IMG/VR virus record: IMGVR_UViG_3300023174_000175
Span: 1 to 61,782 of that record
Reading direction: 5' to 3' (one strand)
Length of the DNA stretch: 61,782 nucleotides
Source of the DNA: a virus
Lineage: Duplodnaviria; Caudoviricetes
Shown: positions 28,091 through 38,333 of the stretch, in pieces
Layout: every line of letters starts with the position of its first letter
Numbering within the stretch: position 1 is the first letter of the stretch
Made by a program: the position numbers and the translations under genes
Notes under the pieces: generated by a model
What the model was told of the DNA's origin: nothing
Database searches by the model: none
The model's input: the letters and a program-made list of their open reading frames with translations, nothing else

Positions 28091-28098
28091 GACGCTTC

Positions 28099-28713
28099 CT
28101 AACTGGTGAGTTCAGTAAAGCGTTGAGTGTATACCAAGCGTAAAAATTTCTTTTCATCGGCTGTAAAGTTGTACTTACCAACTGTTTGAGCCACGGCTGT
28201 CAGATTCTCGGCTGTGTCTGCTTCCATCAAACCAGCATGAACTGAGTTGTACTCATCCTCTGTGGCTGGCGGTAGAGGCTCTGAACGCTCATACGAAACC
28301 GAGTCTGGGTCTGGTTCATCAGTTGGCAGAGCAAGTGCCTGAAGTAATGCAGTTCGGAACGCAACAGACATAGCCTTCGACATCGCCTTGTCACCTGAGT
28401 CCATGGCTTCAGATACCACCACGGCTTCAATTGCGTCCCCAGCGATGCCTATGAACTTGTAAGACACCTTTAGGATGACATGGCTCATAGGAGTTCTGTT
28501 TTTGCCAACTTCTACGGTGCCGTATTGGTGTTCAAGCACCACAGGAACTACTACGACTTTGTGTTTACGCAATGCTGGAGCAACTGCGTTAACGACTGCA
28601 TCAATGCCACGAAAACTAAATCCTTGTGAGTTGTTGCGGTCTTTTTTGGCTACGGCTTGCACATCTTCCATTACGAAAGCAAGCGATTGTTGAATGGTGG
28701 GGTTCTCAGACAT
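28099..28713 (-). CDS. ERF-family ssDNA annealing protein
   Basis: K..N..QGFSFRGID, DSGDKAMSKAMS.A; start MSENP. Confidence 0.88.
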   Translation of the reverse strand: MSENPTIQQSLAFVMEDVQAVAKKDRNNSQGFSFRGIDAVVNAVAPALRKHKVVVVPVVLEHQYGTVEVGKNRTPMSHVILKVSYKFIGIAGDAIEAVVVSEAMDSGDKAMSKAMSVAFRTALLQALALPTDEPDPDSVSYERSEPLPPATEDEYNSVHAGLMEADTAENLTAVAQTVGKYNFTADEKKFLRLVYTQRFTELTS

Positions 28714-28714
28714 T

Positions 28715-29257
28715 TTACTCCGATTCGATTGTGATTGAGGTTGCTTCTGGTACAACAGTTACGCCTTGAACGACTTCACCTGTTGCTCGTAGGACGACTT
28801 TATCGCCTACGATGTCAAACAGTTCCTTGAATGTGGAAACTGCTGGTTCTTCTTTTACACGGATGAGTTCATTGGCTTCTGTCGCTTTTGCCCAACCCAA
28901 GAAAACTTCCGCATCATCTACTTTAACTTTTGGTGCTGACACGCGAGATTTAATTACGCCATGAGGCAAGGTAATGGTTTTACGATTGTCTTTTACACGA
29001 ACGCGATAAGCGTAATCGGTCAACAATCCAACAAAATAATTTTCATCTTTTTCCAATTTTTCGTTGGCTTTTTCTAACCATTTGTTTATGCGATTTAACT
29101 CGTGCGAATAAATTTCCGTATTTTCACTTAACTTCATACGAATCGCTGACAACTTACGAATTGCCCAAGTCGCCCCTGAATCGTCCAAAATTTTAAATGC
29201 TTCTTTGAACTCATTTGCGTCTGTTGCTGGGTCTTCAAATTCATGAATGTTTTCCAT
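28715..29257 (-). CDS. Mu Gam-like host-nuclease inhibitor
   Basis: WAIRKL coiled coil, KTITLPHGVIKSR, IRVKEEP; next to ERF. Confidence 0.75.
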   Translation of the reverse strand: MENIHEFEDPATDANEFKEAFKILDDSGATWAIRKLSAIRMKLSENTEIYSHELNRINKWLEKANEKLEKDENYFVGLLTDYAYRVRVKDNRKTITLPHGVIKSRVSAPKVKVDDAEVFLGWAKATEANELIRVKEEPAVSTFKELFDIVGDKVVLRATGEVVQGVTVVPEATSITIESE

Positions 29258-29280
29258 GATTAACTCCTTACTTTGTACCC

Positions 29281-29308
29281 ATAATACACCTAGGGTTTAG
29301 AAAGTCAA
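29281..29308 (-). promoter_or_regulatory. Putative promoter of the recombination/replication operon
   Basis: TTGACT-16-TATTAT containing the CTAAACC element. Confidence 0.55.
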
Positions 29309-29377
29309 AACACGGCTTGAATCGTCAGTAAAAAGTGGCAAAGATAAACGGAGCAAGACTTTTATGTTTACTTGCGA

Positions 29378-29450
29378 GAGCGACTGGTAAGGGGTTCCCA
29401 GTTGCTCGGCTGGGACTGGAGTGTTTTTCCCTTTTCACTCCAGTTTCAGT
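29378..29450. terminator. Paired hairpins at the end of the tail operon
   Basis: GAGCGACTGG/CCAGTTGCTC and CTGGAGTG/CACTCCAG stems. Confidence 0.5.
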
Positions 29451-29741
29451 CTATTTACGGTTAGTTAAAAGAGCCTGAAGCAGTTCACGAATAATCGTGA
29501 TTTCCCCTGAAATTTCGCTATTTATACGCTCATTTGAGTTCACTTTGTCCATCAAACTGGAACCACCATTGGGCCATAATTGGTGTTCAACTCTACCCAT
29601 ACGCTCGGACACAGTACGCCCATCCCTGTCCAAACCTATTGAAGCATCTATGCGTTTAGTCAACTTGTAGATTTTTACAATGCCACCAAGGATTACAATT
29701 AAAGAGCAAGTTACCGCTAAATAAGTTTGCCACTGCATCAT
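29451..29741 (-). CDS. Membrane-anchored coiled-coil protein
   Basis: N-terminal TM; PNGGSSL.D motif. Confidence 0.7.
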   Translation of the reverse strand: MMQWQTYLAVTCSLIVILGGIVKIYKLTKRIDASIGLDRDGRTVSERMGRVEHQLWPNGGSSLMDKVNSNERINSEISGEITIIRELLQALLTNRK

Positions 29742-29795
29742 TCGTCTACTCCACTAAGTTTGTTTAGGCATTAAACTCAGTTTACATAAAAAATG

Positions 29796-30548
29796 TTACG
29801 GAGTTTCGTAGACATAAGTAAAAGTTAAACGAGAACCCGATGCCCACCACGATGTTGCAGGGACTGTTGAAGTCACACCGCTTATAGATGCGTATGTAGA
29901 AGCAGTATTTTGTGCATACAAACGAATTGTTGTATCGGTGTCCTGCATAGCCACACCAGTAAAATAAGTCGCACCGTTGTAAAGAATGACTCCACCTTGG
30001 GCACCACGAAAATTGGCACTTGAAGATGAAATGGGCAAACTTATGGTGAAAATGTCAGAACTACCAGTGGCAGTGGCTCCAGTTCCAGCCAATAAATTAA
30101 ATTTACAAATTACAGTTTTGCCAATTTGTACCCATTTGTGATTTTTTGTAGGGTCTGAACCTTCATCAAAGTTAGTTAACTCTGGAGTCCAAATTTGCCA
30201 AGCATCTAAAAACGATTCTGTATCAAAACGCTGTTGACCAATAGCCAAATAGTCTGTGCCAATTTGCAATAACCAAACTGCACCACCAACAACAGGCTCA
30301 AAATTATTCAACATTTTTATGGGACTAATAGCAGTGGTAGAACCACCAATAAAAACGCTTAAAGTTCCGTAAGTTGAATTAAAAGATTCAATTTTGCCTA
30401 AAACACAATTAAAATTTGAAACTGAATTTTGAAAAGTGTCAACAAAACTATCAAACATTCCCGTTGGAAACTCAACACCTAAACTCATTGAATAATCAAC
30501 ATTGGCATTTATAGAATTGCCAGCCTTCTGTGGAGTCAAATTATCCAT
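29796..30548 (-). CDS. Minor tail protein
   Basis: WTP...KWVQIGKTV...ISLP; in the tail module. Confidence 0.65.
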   Translation of the reverse strand: MDNLTPQKAGNSINANVDYSMSLGVEFPTGMFDSFVDTFQNSVSNFNCVLGKIESFNSTYGTLSVFIGGSTTAISPIKMLNNFEPVVGGAVWLLQIGTDYLAIGQQRFDTESFLDAWQIWTPELTNFDEGSDPTKNHKWVQIGKTVICKFNLLAGTGATATGSSDIFTISLPISSSSANFRGAQGGVILYNGATYFTGVAMQDTDTTIRLYAQNTASTYASISGVTSTVPATSWWASGSRLTFTYVYETP

Positions 30549-30550
30549 TT

Positions 30551-31180
30551 TTAGTTGTAACCATAAACCTTGGCGATACCGTTAGTTACAGCCGAACCTG
30601 CAATTACAATCGTAAAACCGTCATACGCTGAAGTTAATAAATGATTTCCTGAATACTGTGCAAATCCTGAAATACCAGCAGTGTTTGGCATTTCGCCTTG
30701 TGCATTAAAACAAGTTTGAAGTGCCAATTGTGGTTGAAAAACATCAATTGTTAAATTGCCTACACTGCCATAAATTCCACTAGACCCTGTGCCACCATAA
30801 CTCCATGGCATTTTCCATGAAGTTTGATTTGAACTTGCATTTCCAACAAAAGTACTGGAACTACTTACATACATTCCTGCATAATTGTAATTAGTTGCAC
30901 TCGTTGTTGTTCCACTGGCACGAAGAGCCATTGTTGCACCACTTGATACCGATGCCCCAATTTGTGCTGTCAAAATTATTTTGTAATTACGAAAACTACT
31001 TGTAAAAACACCATCAATAGTGCAAGTACTTGTAAAAGTAGTCGTATTTAAAAGAAACAAACCCATTTTTGTGTTTACATCAGTATTAATGTCACTTGCA
31101 AGATTTTGAATGTCCGTAGCAATGTTAGGTGTATCCGCATTGGACGGATAACGATAACCTCTAGATGTAGTACCAGCCAT
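30551..31180 (-). CDS. Minor tail/fibre protein
   Basis: GYRYP...DIQNLA, FTSSFRNYKI, YDGFTI, KVYGYN. Confidence 0.7.
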   Translation of the reverse strand: MAGTTSRGYRYPSNADTPNIATDIQNLASDINTDVNTKMGLFLLNTTTFTSTCTIDGVFTSSFRNYKIILTAQIGASVSSGATMALRASGTTTSATNYNYAGMYVSSSSTFVGNASSNQTSWKMPWSYGGTGSSGIYGSVGNLTIDVFQPQLALQTCFNAQGEMPNTAGISGFAQYSGNHLLTSAYDGFTIVIAGSAVTNGIAKVYGYN

Positions 31181-31209
31181 TTTAACTCCTCAATTTCTTA
31201 TTTAGTGTA

Positions 31210-32502
31210 TCAACTTAACGGCAAAAACTTGATAGAACGAGCCTTAGCCGACATGGATTCATTAGCCCCAAATGGAATGGTTAAACTATCAATAATTAAA
31301 ACCACATTAATTTGAGTCCCAGTATTTTGAACCTGCACCACATCAAATACATCGTGAGCAGGATTGGTAATAGAAGTCCAAGTAATTTCTTCACTAGCCC
31401 CAATGTAACGATACAAAGTGCGAACTGCTGAAGCATTACAAATAGCCTGAGTAGACAAAAGATTAGAAGTTAAAAAAATTGGTACTTGACCAAAACTGCC
31501 ATAACGATAAGTTGGCGAACTTGAATCTTCATCCCAAGCCGTAGCCATAAAAGGTTCCAACATTGCTGTACCTGTAGCCGTCAAATGAACTCCGTTGTAA
31601 GTATTATCGGAAGAAATTCTTCGACTAACCCCCAACAAAACTGCTTCAGAACCTTCTTGATAAGTGACCATTGGCACCATGCTGGAAGAATCAGGAATTG
31701 CACCTAAAGTACAAACACCATCAGCATCAAAAAACAAATCATAACCACACGCATTAGCAATTTCAACTGCTTTAACCCAAGGGTCTTCACCAATTCCAAG
31801 AACAAAAGCATTTATGTTTAAATCAACATCAATAAAATTAAATTTTACATCAGCCCAACTGGTTTGAATTAAATTTTTAAGAGCCGTAACCAAATTGATT
31901 ACTTCAGTTCCTGTAACGCCAGCAGTGCCACCTGAAGAATAATAAGGTGCATCAGTTGGTTTGTTGCGACTTATACGCAAAGAACGGTCAACTCCATCAA
32001 CTTTAATGGTAATTCCACTTTCATTTGAATCCACATCAACACTTGTAATTAAAAAAACACCAAGAGGAACTTCTTCAACTGTCCCATCACCGTATTTAAT
32101 GCCACGCCAAATAGTGATTTCGTTACCGAAAGGAGTCAAAGGTGAATAAGCATTAACTGGAACATACTTAGAAATTGAAGGTTTATTTACACTGTAAGAC
32201 AACAATGCCAAAAATAAGGAATAAGTGGCTTTGCTTGCATTTAATAAAGTGTAAGTTGAAGTGGCACTATTAACGGTTGTGTAATTATTGTAAACTGGAA
32301 CAGTAGTTGCAAGGTCATTTTTTTCTTCGGCAATAGTCATAGTCATAGTACGGCGAAAACTGCTATTAGAATCAATCGTTACATTTCCGCTTGTTGGATA
32401 CAATTCCAAAACAGTTTGACCAAAAGCACGAACTTCAGCACGAATAGTTGCATTATGAGTGTTACGAACTGCTGAAAGAAATTTAGAAGTAACTGGATAC
32501 AT
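31210..32502 (-). CDS. Minor tail (DUF5047-like hub) protein
   Basis: MYPVTSKF..AV, LTPFGNEI...RG, VPLGVF, FFDADG, YG.FGQVP. Confidence 0.75.
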   Translation of the reverse strand: MYPVTSKFLSAVRNTHNATIRAEVRAFGQTVLELYPTSGNVTIDSNSSFRRTMTMTIAEEKNDLATTVPVYNNYTTVNSATSTYTLLNASKATYSLFLALLSYSVNKPSISKYVPVNAYSPLTPFGNEITIWRGIKYGDGTVEEVPLGVFLITSVDVDSNESGITIKVDGVDRSLRISRNKPTDAPYYSSGGTAGVTGTEVINLVTALKNLIQTSWADVKFNFIDVDLNINAFVLGIGEDPWVKAVEIANACGYDLFFDADGVCTLGAIPDSSSMVPMVTYQEGSEAVLLGVSRRISSDNTYNGVHLTATGTAMLEPFMATAWDEDSSSPTYRYGSFGQVPIFLTSNLLSTQAICNASAVRTLYRYIGASEEITWTSITNPAHDVFDVVQVQNTGTQINVVLIIDSLTIPFGANESMSAKARSIKFLPLS

Positions 32503-32504
32503 GA

Positions 32505-34031
32505 TTACGGAACAACTTCGATGTAATCAATTTTTAAACTACGAACCCTTCGACCACTCGTACCAGCCAAATCAAGTTCACGAGTAATAAAACGAACATA
32601 CTTTTGAGTTCCGTAAGGGTCTTGAACTAAAACAATAGATTGAGATTTTAAAACATTTTGCATGGCAAGCCATTCAGTATCATCTATTAAAGAAATTTGA
32701 TAATTGCCATCATTTTGATAAATAGACCCAGCAACAATCACAGCATTTGTCCGACCCAAAGGGCGAAAAACTCCAGTAGTTTCAACAATAGTTTCTGAAA
32801 TACCATAATTAACTTTGACCCCACTCATGTTAAAAGTTGGGTAATCAATTGGTTTAAACCACCATTTTTTGTCATTAGTGACCGATACACTGCTGGAAGA
32901 ACTCCAAGCGGAAGTAAATGTGCTTGAACTTGTGGTTCCAACTGAACGAACACGATAATAAACAGTTTTTCTTTGAGCCTCATAATCTGTAACAGAAGCA
33001 ACATAACTAGCACTTGGAACAAGATTGGTGCCTAAAGTCACATTAGTCCATGTTGTTCCACCATCATCGGAACGCTGAAAATTAAACAATTGAGTTCCAG
33101 CCGAGTAAATAGCACCAGTGGCACTTAAACTTACGCTATTAGTTGTTGAATTATAGGAAGCGGTTAAAGTTGGCACAGTTGGTGTTGCCACAGCCATAGT
33201 TACAGCAGTTGAAGTTGTCCAATCTGAATAATAGATTGACCCAGCAATTTTTTTGCCAGCCTTAACATAAAATTTGTAAGTTCCATTAGGCACCAACTCT
33301 AACGATGTGGCGAAAGCATCAAAAGAAGCAACCTCGCCAGAATCATAAAAAGCCGTAGAAGTAGCAGGGCTAAAATCACTGGCACCGTATTGTGCTGAAG
33401 TAAAAACTTTCATCTGATAATACTCTTGAGCATCATCATCAGAATCTGAGTATGTCCATGTAACTTGCGGATACGAACTTGCTGTAGTTGAAGGATTAGT
33501 AACAACAATTGTAGGTTTGTTAGCAATAACAACATCAACATACAATTCTAGCAAACTGACAGCAGAAACAGTTCCTGTATTTTCGCCATACTCGGTGCAT
33601 TGAATAAATAATTTATCCAAACGGTCTTGATTCCAAGCCTGACCATCGGGAGCAAAAGTAAAATAACCACCAGAAAAATTAGTTGGATTATCGTACTCGC
33701 CACGGATACTTAAAGGTTGAGAATAATAAGACAGACCCGAAACCACAGTGCCAATTTGCAAATCGTAACGACTTGAACTCACTGGAGCAGTAGCCCTTGC
33801 ACGAACTCGGACATAACGCACCGTTTGAGCCGAACTTAAAGTAGTTGATTCCATGTCAAAATTCATACGCTTGGTACCATTTGCAGTGCCAGCCAATTTA
33901 ATTACACCAGTAGTGTCATCAGCAGGGCTATCATCAAGAACTGAATACAAATTGGTGGTATTACCATCTAATCTTTGAAAAGCAGATGCACCAGCACCAT
34001 CGCCATTAGGTCGCAAAACTACAGTGGACAT
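32505..34031 (-). CDS. Minor tail protein with FN3-like domains
   Basis: Follows the tape measure gene; YYRVRS; T/S-rich. Confidence 0.7.
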   Translation of the reverse strand: MSTVVLRPNGDGAGASAFQRLDGNTTNLYSVLDDSPADDTTGVIKLAGTANGTKRMNFDMESTTLSSAQTVRYVRVRARATAPVSSSRYDLQIGTVVSGLSYYSQPLSIRGEYDNPTNFSGGYFTFAPDGQAWNQDRLDKLFIQCTEYGENTGTVSAVSLLELYVDVVIANKPTIVVTNPSTTASSYPQVTWTYSDSDDDAQEYYQMKVFTSAQYGASDFSPATSTAFYDSGEVASFDAFATSLELVPNGTYKFYVKAGKKIAGSIYYSDWTTSTAVTMAVATPTVPTLTASYNSTTNSVSLSATGAIYSAGTQLFNFQRSDDGGTTWTNVTLGTNLVPSASYVASVTDYEAQRKTVYYRVRSVGTTSSSTFTSAWSSSSSVSVTNDKKWWFKPIDYPTFNMSGVKVNYGISETIVETTGVFRPLGRTNAVIVAGSIYQNDGNYQISLIDDTEWLAMQNVLKSQSIVLVQDPYGTQKYVRFITRELDLAGTSGRRVRSLKIDYIEVVP

Positions 34032-34033
34032 AA

Positions 34034-37000
34034 TTATTTCTTTTTAGCCTTACCTTGACGAACAGCCTCAGCCAACGCAGATTTAATTGCAATTTTCATG
34101 GATTTTTCCATTTCAAGTTGTGTAGCCTTATCAACATTAGCCCCAAAATGGAACTGAAAAGCCCCATTTTCAAAAGTTTGAACAGTGGTAGCCTGAACTC
34201 CTTTAGCCTCAGCAACACCCATACCAAATTGTGACTTAGCACCAATGTCACCAATTGCATAAGAAGCCACATCAATAGCACCCTGCAAGGTATTTACTTG
34301 TTTAACTCCACCTTTACCAGCACTAATAAGAGCCTTAGCCATTTTGTCACCAGCGACAGGACCTGCACCAATTAATTCCTGAATGTAAGCATTATTTAAA
34401 CCCATGCCTTTGAGTTTTTTCAAATCATCGCCAAATTCAGTAATACGAGCCAATCTTTGCTGAAGATTAGCCGTAATCATTTCTGAACTCACAGGAGTAT
34501 CAGCAGAAGCATCAAGGGACATCAAACTGCCAAAAGAATTAATGTTTTTACGGATTTCGTTAGCAAAATCTAAAACTTCTTGTGCCCTTGATTTCATTGC
34601 ATCAAGAACCGATTTAGAAGTTTCTTTAGCAATTTCTTTAGCCTTAGCACCAACACTTTTTAAATCATTAAGCATTTTTTCATTAGCAGTTTTAATAGGG
34701 TCTTTTCTAGTGTCAGGCTTTGCAGTTTTACCTGCACCAAAAAGGTCGCCAGCAAGTTCGCCAAACTTTTTTGCAGTATCTTTAAATTTCGAAAAGAAAT
34801 CATCATTAGCGTGAGATAAAACAGTATCACCAGCACTGGTTAACCAAGCACCAGCCTTTAAAGCACCTTCAGAAATTTTGTCAACAACAGTGTCAACAAT
34901 ACCTTCAACTTTTCCAGCAAATTCGGTGGCTTTTCCACCCCATTCAACTAATTTGTTGCCAGCAATCCCAAAAGCCTTGCCCAAAAAATCGGCAATTTTT
35001 TCACCAATTGGTGTATTGCCCACTTTTCGCACTTTAGTTGCCCATGATTCCAAAGTGTCAGCAAATCCAAGCATTTGGTTGCCAATTTTAACTCCCCATT
35101 TTTGAGTCGTATCACCTAAATGAGCAGTTGAATCTTCAACTTCGGCTTGTGCCCCAACAATACCTTTAGCCCAATTAGTTACACCATTAACAATTGATTT
35201 ACCCAAATTCCAAAGAGCAGTTGCTATGCCTTTAAAAATTTTAAAAATAATACTGCCAAGATTTTTAGCAATGTTGATTAGACCATTAACAACTTGCGTA
35301 AAGGCTTCGCCAAATGATTTCATGCCAGCCAGCCATTGACCCAAACCACGCAAAATAGTTGCGATGGCTTGCAAAATAGCGGAAATTACAGCAGTCCAAA
35401 CTTTCAAAATCCCGTTAACAACTGCAACAATAACTTTATACAAAACCCCATGGGCTTTAATGTTTTCCGACATTGCTATAAGGAATCTGCCGTATAGAGT
35501 TAAAACAAAACCAATAACAGTGAAAATTGTTTTGCCAATAGCAGTCCATAATTGACGGATAAATTTGCCAAAACCGCTACTGGAACTTGCTAAATTGCCG
35601 TAAGCAGTTAACAACCATCCCAACGCTTTTAAAATGTATCCAACCACTGTAAAAATTACTTTGCCGACCATGTTGAACGCTTTACCAACAATTTCGCGGA
35701 ATTTTTCAGAATGTTGATACGCATAAACAAAGGCCGCGACTAAAACAACAATTACTGCCGTTGTAGCCAAAACTTGCCAATTGACTCCAGCCAACATTTT
35801 TTTAACAAATTCGGTAGCCTTGCCCCATAATTCTGTAGCCTTTGAAACTCCCTGAGTTCGTATCATGTAAATAGCCAAAATAGCGACAATTGCGTAAACA
35901 ACAATGCGGTGTTTATCCAACCATTGAACTCCAACAGCAACCCATTTAGCCATTTTTTCAAGCCCCTGAGCAACAAGATGCAAAACGCCATTCAAAACTT
36001 TTGCAAAAAAACCTGCTATTTCTTGACCGATTTTAAGTAAAGGAGTCAAACTTTTTACAATGCTCATTAATGCTTTTTGAATTTCTGGACTTGTCAAAAT
36101 CATGCCAACTAAAGCACCCAAAACAGGATTTAAACTTTCAAGGAATCCACCAATAAATGGCAAGTCACCCAAGAAAGTATTACCAGCCTTAATAGCCAAA
36201 AATCCAGTAATAGCCGTAACTAAAGGCATCAACATTGCAAATTTTTGAGCAAGTCCTTGAGTTTGTTTGTTTAAGGCTTTAACGCCTTCAGCAGACTCAC
36301 GCCATTTTTGACTCATTTCAAAAAGTTCTCGTTTTTTCTTAAAAAATTCACCAACTTTTGCCAACATGTCAGTAAGAGGTTTCATAATGTAAGTAAAAGT
36401 TCTACCAATTGCATCAAAAATCCAATTTAATGCTCCACCTTCACGAACAAGTTTGCTGAATTCTTTAGTTGCTTCGTAAGCATTAATAATTAATGGACCA
36501 AAGGCTTTAGTCAAACCTTGACCAACTGCTTCTTGAATGTCATCAAAAAGACGAGGAAATGAACGCAAAACTTTAGCAGGTTGTTCCATAGCCTTTGTGT
36601 ATACTCCAGCAACTTTGGCACCTTCAGAAATAATCATGTTGGTAATTGCTTGTTTTTTATCTGTTTCAGTCATTGCTTTAACACTCATGTGATTAGCAGT
36701 TGCATAATCGCTAAATGCTTCAGAAGCAGATTTAGTAATACCCACAGAACGAAGCATTTGAGTATCTTGGTTCATGATGGCATAAGTCAAACGAGTAGCG
36801 GTTTCCGTTGAATTGGATTGTGAGATAACAGCCAAATCTTGAGCAACACGAGAAACTTCTTGAGCCTTAGCCACATCCAGATTTGCTTTTGCATACAACA
36901 AAATCATTTCTTGGGCCGCATGCATTTCAATACCGTTGTCACGAACCGCAAGAGTTGCTTCTTTAAGTTTTATGTAACCTAAACCAGTTGATTTTCCAAC

Positions 37001-37309
37001 CGCTTGCATGGCAATGTCGAGTTCGTTAACACGGGCGGCCGCTTCAAAAGATTTCATACCAAAATGAATTAAAGCACCACCAGCAACACCAGCAACAACA
37101 CCAAGAGTAGCAAGCCCTTTTTGAATCATTTGAGAACGCATCTGCATGCCTTCCATGCTTGCAGTCATCCCATTGATTTGCTCAGTGCCACCAGCAACAA
37201 CTTGTTGCATACGCTGGGCAGAATCCGCGGCCATTTGCATGCCACGAACAAAATTAGCGGAGTCAGCAGAAATCCTCGCAATTACATCAGTTACGATGGA
37301 TTCAGACAT
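34034..37309 (-). CDS. Tape measure protein
   Basis: 1091 aa, helical and amphipathic; follows the chaperones. Confidence 0.92.
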   Translation of the reverse strand: MSESIVTDVIARISADSANFVRGMQMAADSAQRMQQVVAGGTEQINGMTASMEGMQMRSQMIQKGLATLGVVAGVAGGALIHFGMKSFEAAARVNELDIAMQAVGKSTGLGYIKLKEATLAVRDNGIEMHAAQEMILLYAKANLDVAKAQEVSRVAQDLAVISQSNSTETATRLTYAIMNQDTQMLRSVGITKSASEAFSDYATANHMSVKAMTETDKKQAITNMIISEGAKVAGVYTKAMEQPAKVLRSFPRLFDDIQEAVGQGLTKAFGPLIINAYEATKEFSKLVREGGALNWIFDAIGRTFTYIMKPLTDMLAKVGEFFKKKRELFEMSQKWRESAEGVKALNKQTQGLAQKFAMLMPLVTAITGFLAIKAGNTFLGDLPFIGGFLESLNPVLGALVGMILTSPEIQKALMSIVKSLTPLLKIGQEIAGFFAKVLNGVLHLVAQGLEKMAKWVAVGVQWLDKHRIVVYAIVAILAIYMIRTQGVSKATELWGKATEFVKKMLAGVNWQVLATTAVIVVLVAAFVYAYQHSEKFREIVGKAFNMVGKVIFTVVGYILKALGWLLTAYGNLASSSSGFGKFIRQLWTAIGKTIFTVIGFVLTLYGRFLIAMSENIKAHGVLYKVIVAVVNGILKVWTAVISAILQAIATILRGLGQWLAGMKSFGEAFTQVVNGLINIAKNLGSIIFKIFKGIATALWNLGKSIVNGVTNWAKGIVGAQAEVEDSTAHLGDTTQKWGVKIGNQMLGFADTLESWATKVRKVGNTPIGEKIADFLGKAFGIAGNKLVEWGGKATEFAGKVEGIVDTVVDKISEGALKAGAWLTSAGDTVLSHANDDFFSKFKDTAKKFGELAGDLFGAGKTAKPDTRKDPIKTANEKMLNDLKSVGAKAKEIAKETSKSVLDAMKSRAQEVLDFANEIRKNINSFGSLMSLDASADTPVSSEMITANLQQRLARITEFGDDLKKLKGMGLNNAYIQELIGAGPVAGDKMAKALISAGKGGVKQVNTLQGAIDVASYAIGDIGAKSQFGMGVAEAKGVQATTVQTFENGAFQFHFGANVDKATQLEMEKSMKIAIKSALAEAVRQGKAKKK

Positions 37310-37324
37310 TTCAACTCCTTACAG

Positions 37325-37492
37325 TTAATCTTTAGATTCTTCGGCTTCCAATGCGTACAAAGCCTCCCATTGCATTAACTCATAACCAGAAATCGGGGGT
37401 TGGTTGGGAGTGCCGTAAAGCAACTCACCAACCGTTTTCCCCAATTCCCGTGCAAGAGTGAAGACGAATCTACGATTCGGATACAGCAGGAA
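37325..37492 (-). CDS. Tail assembly chaperone extension (gpT-like), probably reached by frameshift
   Basis: RRFVFTLARELGKTVGEL...S.YEL..W; +1 frame overlapping the end of the chaperone gene. Confidence 0.65.
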   Translation of the reverse strand, partial: FLLYPNRRFVFTLARELGKTVGELLYGTPNQPPISGYELMQWEALYALEAEESKD

Positions 37493-37841
37493 ACTGTTTA
37501 CCTGCTTCTTCGACCTCATCATTCGTGAGTCCACCAACCTGCATCGCTTCTTGAGCCAAACGGTCAAGAGCCGTAGCAGATTTAGAGAGCAACAAGTCTT
37601 TGTCCTCTGGAGTAAAAATTTGTTCCCCAGTTTCAGGGTCAAAGCATGATGCAATAACCATGGCTGGGTACATAATTCTCAAGTCAACTGCTCCCGTAGT
37701 TGGGTTGACAGCGTTCTCAAGGATTGTGGTACGGTCAGCACCAGTCATTCCACGAACTTCAACATCAATGCCCCATTCAGGTACATTAACAATTTTTTTC
37801 AAGATGTCATCTGTTGCCAGAATCTTTTCACGAAGGGACAT
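37470..37841 (-). CDS. Tail assembly chaperone (gpG-like)
   Basis: LREKIL..DD...VPEWG..VEVRGMTG; GGAG RBS before ATG 37841. Confidence 0.85.
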   Translation of the reverse strand: MSLREKILATDDILKKIVNVPEWGIDVEVRGMTGADRTTILENAVNPTTGAVDLRIMYPAMVIASCFDPETGEQIFTPEDKDLLLSKSATALDRLAQEAMQVGGLTNDEVEEAGKQFPAVSES

Positions 37842-37888
37842 TTTTACTCCTAGGGTTTGGGGCACTAAGCCACGATTGTTTTATTTAG

Positions 37889-38332
37889 TTATGCTGTTGC
37901 ACGGGTTACTGCACCAGTAACCTGTAGTTCCAAAGAGAACGCTACTACATCAGCCACGCCAGCCTTGACTTCGTATGACTTGATTAATGCAGTACCACTG
38001 TACTTTGGATTGGTTGAAGAAGTTGCACCACTATTAGCCTTGTAAGTCCATGATAAATAATCTTGACTTCCACCAGTGAGGGCACTAATAACTGTTTGAA
38101 TGTAGCCATCAATAGTTGGGTCAAACTTACCGCTAACTGAAATGCTTGCATCCTGCAAACCAGTGATGTAAGCCTTCGCTGAGTTGCCAAGGGCTGTAAC
38201 TTCACCCATGTCAATTGAGCGTGAAAAACCGACATCCTGAATGTATTGTGAAATGTCGCGTTCTGTTGTTGTGTTGCTGGTTCCGTCAGTAATAGTGAAT
38301 ACTGCGGATTTACCGTGACGAAAAGTTGGCAT
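37889..38332 (-). CDS. Tail tube protein (short paralog)
   Basis: MPTFRHG...KAYITGLQD...LQVTGAVTR. Confidence 0.85.
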   Translation of the reverse strand: MPTFRHGKSAVFTITDGTSNTTTERDISQYIQDVGFSRSIDMGEVTALGNSAKAYITGLQDASISVSGKFDPTIDGYIQTVISALTGGSQDYLSWTYKANSGATSSTNPKYSGTALIKSYEVKAGVADVVAFSLELQVTGAVTRATA

Positions 38333-38333
38333 G

